In this document: positions 9,578 through 18,942 of the stretch, one piece after another | Position numbering within the stretch: position 1 is the stretch's first letter | How the letters are laid out: every line of letters starts with the position of its first letter | Notes under the pieces: model-generated | Seen by the model: only the letters and a program-made list of their open reading frames with translations | The model's database searches: none | What the model was told of the DNA's origin: nothing | Program-made: the position numbers and the translations under genes | From: Thermodesulfobacteriota bacterium | GTDB taxonomy: Bacteria > Desulfobacterota > Desulfobacteria > Desulfobacterales > C00003060 | Length of the DNA: 64,000 nucleotides | Direction: 5' to 3' | Assembly (NCBI GenBank): GCA_034189385.1 | Contig: JAXHVD010000011.1 | Coordinates: 1-64,000 of the forward strand

Positions 9578-10591
9578 TTACATGCCGACCCCTTCAATGC
9601 TTGTCCCGCATTCGGGGCACTTGCCATCCCGCAATCGATTTTGTCTGAGGGTTAAACCATACCGCTCAATGAGCATGGCCCCACAAGCATAACAGTGCGT
9701 GTTTTCGCCCCCCTCACCCGGCACGTTGCCCTCGTAGACATAGCGAAGGCCTTCTTCCATACCGATCTCACGGGCGCGGCGTAGCGCAGCCACCGGCGTC
9801 ATTGGTCGGTCCATGAGCTTATATGCAGGATGAAACTGGCTCACGTGCCATGGCACCTCAGCCCCAACGCCTTTTATGAACCGAGCGATGTCCCGAAGTT
9901 CTTCCTCCCCGTCATTTAAGCCAGGAATAATAAGTGTTGTTACTTCTACCCAGACGTGAAGCTCTCTCATGAGTTCGATGGTTTGAAGTACCGGCTTGAG
10001 ACGCGCCCCGCAAACCTCCTTGTAAGTTTTGTCGTTAAAGCTCTTCAAGTCGATGTTGATGGCATCCAAACTTGGTGCAATGTGCCGAGCGGCGTCGCTG
10101 GCCATATACCCATTACTCACGAATACGTTTCTTAATCCCTCCTTTTGAGCGAGAAGGGCCGTCTCAAAAGCAAATTCGTAAAAAACTGTGGGCTCGTTGT
10201 AAGTGTATGCGATCGATTTGCAGCCGGCAGACTTTGCAGTCGCCACAATCTGCTCGGGAGTGCGATCTTGTCCAATGATCTCTCCTGGATGTTCCTGGGG
10301 ATACTGAGAGATATGGGAATTCTGGCAGTGCTTGCATTGAAAATTGCAACCTACCGTCCCAATGGAAAAAGCGTCTGAGCCCGGCAAAAAGTGGAAGAAA
10401 GGCTTTTTCTCTACCGGATCGATATGTTCGGCAACAATCTTACCATAAACAAGGCTATAAAGCTGTCCATCGCGGTTTTGCCTCACGCCGCAAATACCCG
10501 TCTTCCCCTCTTTGATCTTGCATCGGTGATTGCAGAGATGACACCGAATGTCGCCTTCCGCGAGAGGTCGGCAGAACATGGCCTCTTTCAT
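9578..10591 (-). CDS. amrS: AmmeMemoRadiSam system radical SAM enzyme
   Basis: CHLCNHRC..GICGVR, DPVEKKP, GCNFQCKHCQN (CxxxCxxC), YTYNEP, C-terminal CYAC/CPEC. Confidence 0.92.
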   Translation of the reverse strand: MKEAMFCRPLAEGDIRCHLCNHRCKIKEGKTGICGVRQNRDGQLYSLVYGKIVAEHIDPVEKKPFFHFLPGSDAFSIGTVGCNFQCKHCQNSHISQYPQEHPGEIIGQDRTPEQIVATAKSAGCKSIAYTYNEPTVFYEFAFETALLAQKEGLRNVFVSNGYMASDAARHIAPSLDAINIDLKSFNDKTYKEVCGARLKPVLQTIELMRELHVWVEVTTLIIPGLNDGEEELRDIARFIKGVGAEVPWHVSQFHPAYKLMDRPMTPVAALRRAREIGMEEGLRYVYEGNVPGEGGENTHCYACGAMLIERYGLTLRQNRLRDGKCPECGTSIEGVGM

Positions 10592-10695
10592 CTAGGCCCC
10601 TCTTTCCAGTCATGGCAAACACTTCCAAAAGGCCAAACACGACATAGCCGAACGTCAGGCCCACATTCTTGTCTTTTCACAGCAGTGCCACCGTT

Positions 10696-10904
10696 TCAGA
10701 ATCCTGCCCATTTTTCTTGTGCTTCATGGAGTTCGTCAAAAGACTGCAGATAGCTGGAACTCGAAAGTTTCCTTTCAAAGATGATCCGGCAACCCTCTCT
10801 GGTGAGGGACCCATCACAGATTTCGGGAATAACTTCAGAGAAAAACTCTCCTTTTTAGCATCGTTTAATTCTTCAACAGCCTTTTTGATCGTTTCAAGCT
10901 TCAT
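10696..10904 (-). pseudogene. Possible small gene split by a 1-bp frameshift
   Basis: ATG at 10904 gives MKLETIKKAVEELNDAKK. Shifting -1 at an A-run gives EFFSEVIPEICDGSLTREGCRIIFERKLSSSSYLQSFDELHEAQEKWAGF*, which fills the sor-amrS gap. No homolog recognised. Confidence 0.3.
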
Positions 10905-10963
10905 CGTCCATCTCCCACCACATTCAGAAAGCTCCCACGTAAAATTACTGAAACAAAAACGAG

Positions 10964-11320
10964 CTATTTTTCGACCTCCACTGATCCACCCCACAGCCCG
11001 TGGATATTGCAGTAGGCTAAGGCATAGAAAGATCTGAAATCCTCCATGTGGTTGATCTGGAACCGACTGTTTGGATTGGAGTAAACGGGAGCACAGGAAG
11101 CGCGTCCGAGGTTAATCACCTGGTTGTTGTCCTTTCTCACGCCGTAAAGCTCCATCCAGACAATATGATGCTCCGGCGTGTTGGGATGAGCAGCCTCGTG
11201 GCCCACAACGACGCGGATGATGTCTTGTCCCGACTTGTGTCCCTTATCAATCTCAATGTGGGGGACATGTTTCTCCTTTCCTTCGTCTTCTTCTGTCCTG
11301 ATGAGTTCTCCCGGATTCAT
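10964..11320 (-). CDS. sor: Superoxide reductase (1Fe-SOR/neelaredoxin-type, class II SORL)
   Basis: EKHVP, HPNTPEHHI and YCNIHGLW iron-ligand motifs. Confidence 0.9.
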   Translation of the reverse strand: MNPGELIRTEEDEGKEKHVPHIEIDKGHKSGQDIIRVVVGHEAAHPNTPEHHIVWMELYGVRKDNNQVINLGRASCAPVYSNPNSRFQINHMEDFRSFYALAYCNIHGLWGGSVEVEK

Positions 11321-11358
11321 ACGGCTCTCCTTTCTATCCTTTCTTCCCTGTCATTGGA

Positions 11359-12240
11359 TCACGCCACGGCTGCCCTTCTCTCTTCTCCTCCCATGATAGT
11401 TGCAACAATCTGGTCAAAGGCCTTTGTCAACTCTGCCTCCGGGTACTTTTCCATGTAAGATTCTCCTGCGTCAGCGCATGTTACCATCCTAGCATCCAGC
11501 GGGATTCGACCCAAGAAGCGGATATCCATGGCCTTCGCAGTTTTTAGACCGCCTCCCGTACCGAAGACATCAATCGCCTTGCCACAGTGAGGGCACACAA
11601 AACCGCTCATGTTTTCTATGAGTCCCAAGACTTCCATGTTGACGGTTTTGCAGAAATTGATCGATTTTCTCACGTCACCCAGGGACATCTCCTGGGGCAT
11701 GGTCACGATGATCGCCTTGGCATCAGGGATGTTTTGAGCCACCGTGAGGGGCTCATCTCCCGTTCCGGGCGGTGAATCGATAACAAGATAGTCCAGCATG
11801 CCCCAGTGCACATCGGAGATGAACCGGCGGATGACTTGCAGTTTCAAAGGGCCCCGCCAGATCACGGCCTTATCCGGGTCTCCGGCCATTGATCCAACGG
11901 AGACCACCTCCAGGTTCTCTGAGTAAGGCTTAGGCGCAATCCGCCCATCAACACTCGCCTCAAGCACCCCGCTGAGGCCCAGTATTCTGGGAATGTCGGG
12001 GCCGTGGAGGTCCACATCCATCAGGCCCACCCTGGCCCCCCGCCTTGAAAGGGCCATGGCCAAATTAGCAGCCACACTTGTCTTGCCAACACCCCCTTTG
12101 CCGCTCATGACGATGTATTTGTGTTTCACTAGGGACAAGGCGTCCTTGATGATCTGATCCTGTGCGGCCATGGCCGCCTCCCTTTCAGCTAAAGGGATCT
12201 CTCTTTTCCTGCTTTTGCGAATACGCACCTTCTTGGTCAT
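11359..12240 (-). CDS. Mrp/NBP35 (ApbC) Fe-S cluster carrier ATPase
   Basis: SGKGGVGKTS, WRGP, DSPPGTGD, ENMSGFVCPHC. Confidence 0.92.
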   Translation of the reverse strand: MTKKVRIRKSRKREIPLAEREAAMAAQDQIIKDALSLVKHKYIVMSGKGGVGKTSVAANLAMALSRRGARVGLMDVDLHGPDIPRILGLSGVLEASVDGRIAPKPYSENLEVVSVGSMAGDPDKAVIWRGPLKLQVIRRFISDVHWGMLDYLVIDSPPGTGDEPLTVAQNIPDAKAIIVTMPQEMSLGDVRKSINFCKTVNMEVLGLIENMSGFVCPHCGKAIDVFGTGGGLKTAKAMDIRFLGRIPLDARMVTCADAGESYMEKYPEAELTKAFDQIVATIMGGEERRAAVA

Positions 12241-12493
12241 GTGAACACCTCCTGATCACGGGGCTATTGGGCCCACCAGAACCCTGTCCTGTTTTGGAAA
12301 TTTCGGACCACACCGACGGCAATAGGGCCCTCCTTTCTGCTGGCAACATGGAGGACCGATACTTACCGCCCCGTGCCTTTTTCATCCCTTTGCCTCAAAG
12401 ATCCACATCTATCACAACCGGCGACTCTGTTTTTCAAATTTCACAGGCCCTGGCCGTGGCAAGGCAAAAACAGCGCCAACGTGAGCAACCCCT

Positions 12494-13414
12494 TTATGCT
12501 GAATCATAGATTTTCAAGGCTCCTTTCACGGTCGCATCTGCTACGGTAATGGCATAAATGGCATTACACATTCCGATGGCTTCTTCTAAAGACTTTTGGT
12601 GGATGTTTCTGCCTGTAGCATTTCCTGAAGCGCCGCTGATAAATATTTGATCATGGAGGCGTTGTAAAAAGGCTTTCACATCTACACTTGAGCCGCCTGC
12701 GCAAACGACCTTGGTGCGACCTGCTGCCAAAACAGCCTCCTTGAAGAGCTCTTTTGATTCATGGCCTTCCTTCTTCGGGTAGTTCACCTTAACAAAATCG
12801 CTGCCCAGGCATGCGGCAACCCCTGTGGCGCCTGCAATCAGGTGGGGATCTTTTTCATCAGCCACGGCCTTGCCGCGGGGATAGACCCACAGCACCGTGA
12901 TCAACCCATGTTGGTGTGCATTAAATACCATTTGGGCTGCCTGGTGGAGCATCTCTGCCTCATATTCACTTCCCAGATAGATCGTGTAGCCCACGGCCAG
13001 TATCTTCAGCCCGCTGCTGGCACGAAAATCTACCACCTTTTGGACATCGATCCACTGGTTGCTGAAAGGGTCTGATTGAGCTGTCTTGACAAGATTTGTC
13101 TTGGAGTTCAGTTTTACCAGATAAGGGACATCAGGATAATCCACACCGTATCTGGCAATTAGACCGAGTTGGGTAGCAAAGACCCCTATCTTTGCCCGAC
13201 TTGCGATCCTAAATAGATGCTCCGGATCACCGTCATCCGAGTGAATGCCTGCACCATAAAAATCGTCATTTAAGTGCTCAACCTTTTGATCGCCTGCAAA
13301 GAGCATCAACCTGCCGCTGTTTTTCGTAACAGCTAGGTAGTCCTTGATATAATTCTCCCGCACGGCCTTTGGGACATCTAATGGTACGATGACCGCATGT
13401 TTTTTATTGCCCAT
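12494..13414 (-). CDS. Class I (DhnA-type) aldolase, probable fructose-bisphosphate aldolase
   Basis: FAGDQKVEH, YLVKLNSKTN, WVYPRG, FVKVNYP (Schiff-base Lys), CAGG, GRNIHQ; RBS ggagga before the ATG at 13414. Confidence 0.85.
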   Translation of the reverse strand: MGNKKHAVIVPLDVPKAVRENYIKDYLAVTKNSGRLMLFAGDQKVEHLNDDFYGAGIHSDDGDPEHLFRIASRAKIGVFATQLGLIARYGVDYPDVPYLVKLNSKTNLVKTAQSDPFSNQWIDVQKVVDFRASSGLKILAVGYTIYLGSEYEAEMLHQAAQMVFNAHQHGLITVLWVYPRGKAVADEKDPHLIAGATGVAACLGSDFVKVNYPKKEGHESKELFKEAVLAAGRTKVVCAGGSSVDVKAFLQRLHDQIFISGASGNATGRNIHQKSLEEAIGMCNAIYAITVADATVKGALKIYDSA

Positions 13415-13689
13415 ACGTATGTCCTCCTTGTATACTTTTTTCAGCAATCACTGTGCCAAGAAACGAGATGATCAAAAAGTGTGATAAATAGCTAAAAAGC
13501 CGCAGTATTACTTTTAAGCAGAGCTCGCTCCAAATGACCTCGACGGGACGGCCCTGTCAGCATTTTTTACAAGGTGTAAAGGAATGGAGAGAACCCATCT
13601 CGCACCGCTTCACCAAGATCTCAGAAGGGTTCTTCGGCACTGGCCTTAGAGTCTCAATGCTATTCGGCGACTCTGTTGACAGGCCCTGG

Positions 13690-13884
13690 TCAGGTTGTTC
13701 CCTTGAAGGCATCGCAGAGATGAACCGTGGCCACAGAAAACCCTGAAAGCCATCTGTAAATGAGTGTTTGATACCATTTGCACATGGACATGGAGCGTTT
13801 GGTATTCAATCCCCTTTCCACCAGTCGGCAATAGAGATGAAGCGGGTTGAGACGATGTTGAATGATGAGCATTAATTCTCGCAA
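13690..13884 (-). CDS. Small hypothetical protein (QHxLNPLHxYCRL motif)
   Basis: The motif IQHRLNPLHLYCRL resembles a small conserved deltaproteobacterial family (recalled, not searched). TTG start, co-oriented after the kinase. Confidence 0.55.
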   Translation of the reverse strand: MRELMLIIQHRLNPLHLYCRLVERGLNTKRSMSMCKWYQTLIYRWLSGFSVATVHLCDAFKGTT

Positions 13885-14013
13885 AGTTGATTCCCTTCAC
13901 TGGTAAGTGGCACCCGCGCGCGTCTGTGCCGGGAAAGTAATAGTCTCTCCCCAGTCGCACATACCGGTTCTTTGAACCATCATATAAGGCCCCCACTCAT
14001 GTTGCTTCATGTC

Positions 14014-16035
14014 CTACGTCACACACTTTACTGGCAATATAATACTACAGGCTGTGCCGTCTCCAGGCTTGGTTTCGATACTGATCCGGCCCTCATGATC
14101 CTCTACGATCTTTCTGGAAATAGCCAGGCCCAGCCCTGTCCCTTTTGGCTTCGTCGTGACAAAGGGGTCAAAAATAGTCTTCAAGTCTTCAGGGGTGACC
14201 CCTTTTCCTGTGTCGGTGATGCGAAGCTCTGCGTTACCTCCCTGCAGCTGGGTCCTAACAGATAGGCGCCCTCCCTCTGGCATAGCTTCTACAGCATTTT
14301 TCATGATGTTTAACAGCACCTGCTTCATCTGTTTGGGATCAGCAAATATCTCAGGGATTTCAGGGTCAAGGGACTTCTGAAAAATGACGTGACGTGTCTT
14401 GAGTTCCTCCTGCAAGAATGTTGAGACTTCTTCTACCAGCCCATTGATGCCAGTCATCATCTTTTTAGGTTTTGACGGCTTCGTAATATCTGTGACTTCT
14501 GAAAGGAATTCTTCCAGTCTTGCAACTTCTTTGATGATGATGTTGAGTTTTTCCTTGTTTTTCTCCTTTTGATCTAGCTTCCGCAGCACTTGTTGCGCAA
14601 AGCCACCAATAACCATGAGTGGATTCTTGATTTCATGGGAGATATAGGATACCCCTTGGCCAATCGTTGCCAATCTTTCTGACTCCAACACCTTCTTCTC
14701 CAGCCTCTTTCTTTCGCTCAAGTCTCTAAAGAAACCGACGGCGCCGACAGCTTGTTCGTTCTCATAGATGACGCTTGCAGACAGCCACACCGGTATCTCT
14801 TTCCCCCCTTTGTTCAGAATCGCGGTTTCATAGTCCATTAACTTGCCCGGCCCCCCGTGGCCGTGGCCATAAAGGGCCTCTTCCACGTTCTTTGCACGGC
14901 CAGCAGGATAGAGGTCTGCGACGCCCCTCTTACGGATCACTTCCTCGCTTGCATACCCAAAGATCCTCTCAGCGCCTTCGTTGAATATAACGATGTTTCC
15001 TTTGTTGTCCGTCGCAATAATACCGTCGATAGAGCCTCTTATAAGATTCTGCTGGAAATCGTGGGCCCTCCTGAGCTCTTCACTATATGCTCGCAAGTTA
15101 CCGGTCATGTGGCAGAGGGCGTCTGAAAGTTGGACGACCTCGTCTCCACTGTGCATCTTGTACACCTTGCATCTACGGCACTGTTCAATCTTTTCTGGAA
15201 AGGTTCCCCTGGCCCCCCCCGCGAAAAGTGTGCCGTCAATGTACCAGCAGCAAGCCTCGACCTTCCCGTAAGCAGGACAGCCCGTTTTTTCACAGTTCAG
15301 GATCTCCCAACATTTGACTGCCTTGCCATCATCAACTGTGGCCTCCAAATTGCCACGGCTCACCTGGTTGGCTAAACCGGTGAGTTGGACAACGGGACGT
15401 GTAACAGATCTGGAGACCCACTTGATGAGAAAAAAACCGACGATGGATATGGAGACTATACCCAAGAGGATCTGGCGATTTCGAAGTACGGCGACCCTGG
15501 TCTCCACAGGACCCCATGGAATCCCCACAGTCACTACCCCTAGGACTTCCTTTTCTCTTCCGTGACACTTGAAGCATGGCCTCTCATTTAATACAGGTAC
15601 GGCATAATGGAGGACCCGTTTTCCTTCATGTTCCTGAAGCTCTTTGACCGTTGTTTGGGTGTCCAAAGCCTCTCTGGGAACCTCAGATCCTGAAATCATC
15701 CCTATGTTGTCTGGGTGGCCGCTGTATCTGATGACCTGCATTGGATCGTGGAGATTCACAAAGGCAAGATCGGTCATTGAAGCAAGGCTTTCCAGTGTGG
15801 CCTGGACGTCCTCCATTTCGCCATCAAGCATAGGGTATTCGATGCTCTTTCTTACCATCTTACTAAACTCCAAGGCCTTGGTCTCCTCCCGGGATAGGTG
15901 AAATCCTACTCGGCCAATCATGTCCCAATAGGTAAATACACCCATGACCGTTATAAGGATAATAATGACCCCCAGAATGACTTTTGCCCTCAAGTTCCTT
16001 GAAATATCTGCCCGTAGACTTATCCAAAATGACAT
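14014..16035 (-). CDS. Membrane sensor histidine kinase: periplasmic heme-c domain, HAMP with Cys-rich two-CW insert, PAS, HisKA/HATPase
   Basis: Two TM helices flank CFKCH; CWEILNC..CPAY..CCWY..CRRC insert; PAS (DGIIATDNKGNIVIFNEGAERIFGY); HEIKNPL, KNAVEA, DTGKG, GTGLGL. Confidence 0.92.
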   Translation of the reverse strand: MSFWISLRADISRNLRAKVILGVIIILITVMGVFTYWDMIGRVGFHLSREETKALEFSKMVRKSIEYPMLDGEMEDVQATLESLASMTDLAFVNLHDPMQVIRYSGHPDNIGMISGSEVPREALDTQTTVKELQEHEGKRVLHYAVPVLNERPCFKCHGREKEVLGVVTVGIPWGPVETRVAVLRNRQILLGIVSISIVGFFLIKWVSRSVTRPVVQLTGLANQVSRGNLEATVDDGKAVKCWEILNCEKTGCPAYGKVEACCWYIDGTLFAGGARGTFPEKIEQCRRCKVYKMHSGDEVVQLSDALCHMTGNLRAYSEELRRAHDFQQNLIRGSIDGIIATDNKGNIVIFNEGAERIFGYASEEVIRKRGVADLYPAGRAKNVEEALYGHGHGGPGKLMDYETAILNKGGKEIPVWLSASVIYENEQAVGAVGFFRDLSERKRLEKKVLESERLATIGQGVSYISHEIKNPLMVIGGFAQQVLRKLDQKEKNKEKLNIIIKEVARLEEFLSEVTDITKPSKPKKMMTGINGLVEEVSTFLQEELKTRHVIFQKSLDPEIPEIFADPKQMKQVLLNIMKNAVEAMPEGGRLSVRTQLQGGNAELRITDTGKGVTPEDLKTIFDPFVTTKPKGTGLGLAISRKIVEDHEGRISIETKPGDGTACSIILPVKCVT

Positions 16036-16065
16036 GTGAGTTACCCCTTCCGCCTCTTTGATACG

Positions 16066-16860
16066 TCATTTTTCGTCGGGCCTGCCGGGCTTGTAGTAGC
16101 ACTGCCGAAGGCTTTGTTGCATCTCTCGAAAGGCATCAGTCAATGCCCCGACTTCATCCTTTGATCGGCTGGCCGGTATTTCCTGGGTGACATCACCTGT
16201 GGCGATAGCCCTTGCAGCCTTGGTCAGCATTCCCAGCGGAACGATGATCATCCGGTGCAGAAGCGCTATGATGAAGGCGACAAGAAATCCAAGACAGATC
16301 CCAAACTGTACAAGGATCTTGTTTCGGCGCTCCCTGAGCTTTTGGCTGGTCGGCTCCCACACGAATCCCACAGTGAGAGCCCCCAATATCCTTTTCGCCA
16401 CGCCATGGCACTTATGACACGCTTTGTCATTCACGACCGGCATGGCATAGCGAAATATCTGTTGACCTTCCCGAACCTCCAGCCCCTTGACCAATGATCG
16501 AGTTCTTAAGGTTTCTGTCGTGATTTCTGATTGGGTGACTTTGCCAACCGTTCTTCGCTTGCCGCTGTACTTGATCAACCCGTCTGGATCACACAGATGA
16601 GCCACCTCCAGGTCTCTTAAGGCGTTTACCCTTTCAAGGATTTCTTGGACATCTCCCATTTCACCGTCGAGCATTGGATATTCTATGCTCTTCATGACCG
16701 TATCGCTGATATCAAAAGCCTTCTTCTTCTGTTCATTTAGGAAGGCCCTGTCATGATAGGTAATATCCATGTAGGCAAACACGCCCATTGTCACAATGAG
16801 AACCAGAGCGATTGCTAGTATTAACTTGGACCCCAGGCCATAGAAGGGCGCCCAACTCAT
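16066..16860 (-). CDS. Membrane-bound heme-c sensor domain plus HAMP, no output domain
   Basis: Two TM helices, CHKCH, HAMP (PLGMLT..IATGD..DEVGALTDAFREM). Shares KSIEYPMLDGEMxDVQ with the downstream kinase. Confidence 0.85.
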   Translation of the reverse strand: MSWAPFYGLGSKLILAIALVLIVTMGVFAYMDITYHDRAFLNEQKKKAFDISDTVMKSIEYPMLDGEMGDVQEILERVNALRDLEVAHLCDPDGLIKYSGKRRTVGKVTQSEITTETLRTRSLVKGLEVREGQQIFRYAMPVVNDKACHKCHGVAKRILGALTVGFVWEPTSQKLRERRNKILVQFGICLGFLVAFIIALLHRMIIVPLGMLTKAARAIATGDVTQEIPASRSKDEVGALTDAFREMQQSLRQCYYKPGRPDEK

Positions 16861-16864
16861 CGTG

Positions 16865-17320
16865 TTACAACTCCCTGTGCCCGTGTTGGGTATGGCATTG
16901 AGTACAGATGTTTCTCGGAATCTTCAATGTTTCCTTTTTCTTGGCCCTGGTTGTCGCCTTTATATGAAGGCTTGCTGGGCCGTGGCAAACCTCACATTGG
17001 ACATTGGTCAGATGTGGCGTTTTTTCTATACTTACAAATCCGCCGGGCTCCCCATATCCAGTTGTGTGGCAGGGGAGACATTGTTGATCGTGTTCCCTGG
17101 TCCTCATTTCCAGTATCCTAAAGTTCCGAGAACGCTTGAATCCGCGATATGCTTCTACGAGTGAAGCATGACAAACCTTACATTTTTCCCAACCCACATA
17201 GACTGCCTGTTCTTCCTTTTTGTCGGAAGAGGTGTCGACGGTTGGAAACCCCACACTGCAAAACAAAATGACTACGCTGGCTGCCAGCAAAACTGCATAT
17301 GCGTATATTGCCTTCTTCAT
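16865..17320 (-). CDS. Tetraheme cytochrome c (c554-like family)
   Basis: N-terminal hydrophobic signal/anchor; four CxxCH (CKVCH, CLPCH, CEVCH, CTQCH); YVG..C and CHTTGYGEPGGF motifs; RBS ggggagga before 17320. Confidence 0.88.
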   Translation of the reverse strand: MKKAIYAYAVLLAASVVILFCSVGFPTVDTSSDKKEEQAVYVGWEKCKVCHASLVEAYRGFKRSRNFRILEMRTREHDQQCLPCHTTGYGEPGGFVSIEKTPHLTNVQCEVCHGPASLHIKATTRAKKKETLKIPRNICTQCHTQHGHREL

Positions 17321-17417
17321 TTCCTCCCCCTTTTGACGACTATCGGCAGCTTTGTTGCGCCTTAGAAGCTGTGGCCGCCTATGATGGAATGTGTCCGGCA
17401 TTCAACCATGATTCAAT

Positions 17418-17538
17418 ATTGAACCCTCCCCGCGGCAAGCCACGGGGAATCTTCACCGCAAGGATGTTGTCATTTTAACTATACACTCGCTAACCCCGCC
17501 GCAAGCAGCGGGGAATGCGCTCGCTTATTCGGTTCAAT
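17418..17538. repeat. Full-length ~120-bp MITE/REP-like element with terminal inverted repeats and two GCAA hairpins
   Basis: ATTGAAC...GTTCAAT ends; internal ccccgcggcaagccacgggg and ccccgccgcaagcagcgggg hairpins, each followed by aat. Confidence 0.8.
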
Positions 17539-17590
17539 GGAGCCCAAAAAGGCGCTTTTCCCATGAATCGCTGAATCGCAACGACATGTC

Positions 17591-18520
17591 TTATGCAACC
17601 ACCCAAAGAGCTGGGCTGGCGATCTTTTGCACCAGCCGCATGGCAATGCGCCCCGTAAACACCGCTTCTCTCTCGCCGCGTCGTCCGATCACCACGGTAT
17701 CGTATTCTTGGGATCTTGCTTCATCAAGGATCGCCGTGGAAACGTCATGACTCCCAGTATTCGTCTTGATCTTGATCTGGCTTTTCTTAACTCCCGCTGC
17801 GGTGAGCATCGTCTCCGCTCTCCTATAGAAAACCTCCATGCGCTTGCTGTCTTCCTCCTGAACCACGCTTTGAAGTGCTGGGTTCTGGTGCTCAAAATCA
17901 ATGGAGTAGTAATGTCTCAAAAACGGAATCACGTGAAACAAGGTCAGCTGCAGCTGGCGATTATTTCCAACCATGTCGACCAGGTGACTCAACTGGCGGA
18001 GGGAGCTTTCGGACCCATCAACAGCGATGAGAATGTTCATAGAAGTCTTTTCTCCACCTACAATCCACACAGGGATCTCTAATGCATGTTCCACTACCTT
18101 TGCAGCCGTCGTGCCGATAAAGAAATCTGGACTGGGAGTAAGCCCCCTCCGTGCGAGGACAATAGCCTTGTAGGCACCTTGTTCAGCGTGGCGCAAAATG
18201 TCCTTTGCCATTCCGGCCTCAAGAGGTGCAGCTACCACCTCGACGCGCCTTTCAGATATCCCTTCTTCAACAATAAGATCCTTCAACGCACCAACAACAC
18301 GCTGGGCGTTTTCAGCGTTCTTTTGAATAAGCTTGTTGACTTCAGACCTCACCTTGGGATCTATCTTGGCCCCTGCAATAAACATTTTGGGAACAGGAAG
18401 CTGCACGTTAAACAGTGTATATTTTAGATCCTTCGCCGCCGATGATGTTTTGGCAACGTATTTAACGGCCTTCTGTGAATAGACACAGTCGCCGACAGCG
18501 ACCAGAATCTTCTTTTCCAT
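17591..18520 (-). CDS. Universal stress protein (tandem USP domains)
   Basis: KKILVAV.. and NILIAVDGSESS domain starts; IVLARRG..FFIGTTAAKVV and VVIGRRG..FTGRIAMRLV. Confidence 0.9.
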   Translation of the reverse strand: MEKKILVAVGDCVYSQKAVKYVAKTSSAAKDLKYTLFNVQLPVPKMFIAGAKIDPKVRSEVNKLIQKNAENAQRVVGALKDLIVEEGISERRVEVVAAPLEAGMAKDILRHAEQGAYKAIVLARRGLTPSPDFFIGTTAAKVVEHALEIPVWIVGGEKTSMNILIAVDGSESSLRQLSHLVDMVGNNRQLQLTLFHVIPFLRHYYSIDFEHQNPALQSVVQEEDSKRMEVFYRRAETMLTAAGVKKSQIKIKTNTGSHDVSTAILDEARSQEYDTVVIGRRGEREAVFTGRIAMRLVQKIASPALWVVA

Positions 18521-18640
18521 TGCTAGCTGCCTTTCTCATAAGCTTCTACGATTATGCTCAACCCTCTCGAAGCAATGTACCGTGTGGACATGTTTTCTTG
18601 GAACTCGCCTATTGAGACTTTCATTTGGCATGAATTCCCG

Positions 18641-18877
18641 CTATCTTTCGTCATCAGGCTTTTTTCTCAACAGGATGCGATAGCAAGCTGTATCATCCTC
18701 GGAGCTCACTAGCTCGTAATGGGGTGCTTCCAAAATCTTGAAAAGGTCCTGGCGCGTTTGCCCGTCAGTGCCCACTATTTCCAGTGTTTGTCCGGGATCT
18801 AGTCCCCTGAAGGCTTCTGTCACCTTCAGAAGCGTAATGGGCGCTATCATTCCACGAAGATCAAGTTGATAAACCAT
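18641..18877 (-). CDS. TusA-family protein lacking the persulfide Cys
   Basis: LDLRGMIAPITLLK..LDPGQTLEIVGTD..DL..YRILLRK fits the TusA/SirA pattern, but CPxP is replaced by APIT. Confidence 0.75.
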   Translation of the reverse strand: MVYQLDLRGMIAPITLLKVTEAFRGLDPGQTLEIVGTDGQTRQDLFKILEAPHYELVSSEDDTACYRILLRKKPDDER

Positions 18878-18926
18878 ATCCTGATCCAAGCCTGCCCCCC
18901 TTGGTGTCTTTTTACTCATTACTAGG

Positions 18927-18942
18927 GCAAAAACCTTGCCAA
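18927..18942 (-). promoter_or_regulatory. Sigma54 -24/-12 promoter for the tusA-like/usp genes
   Basis: Minus strand TTGGCAAGGTTTTTGC, with GG-N10-GC, 50 bp upstream of the ATG. Confidence 0.8.
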
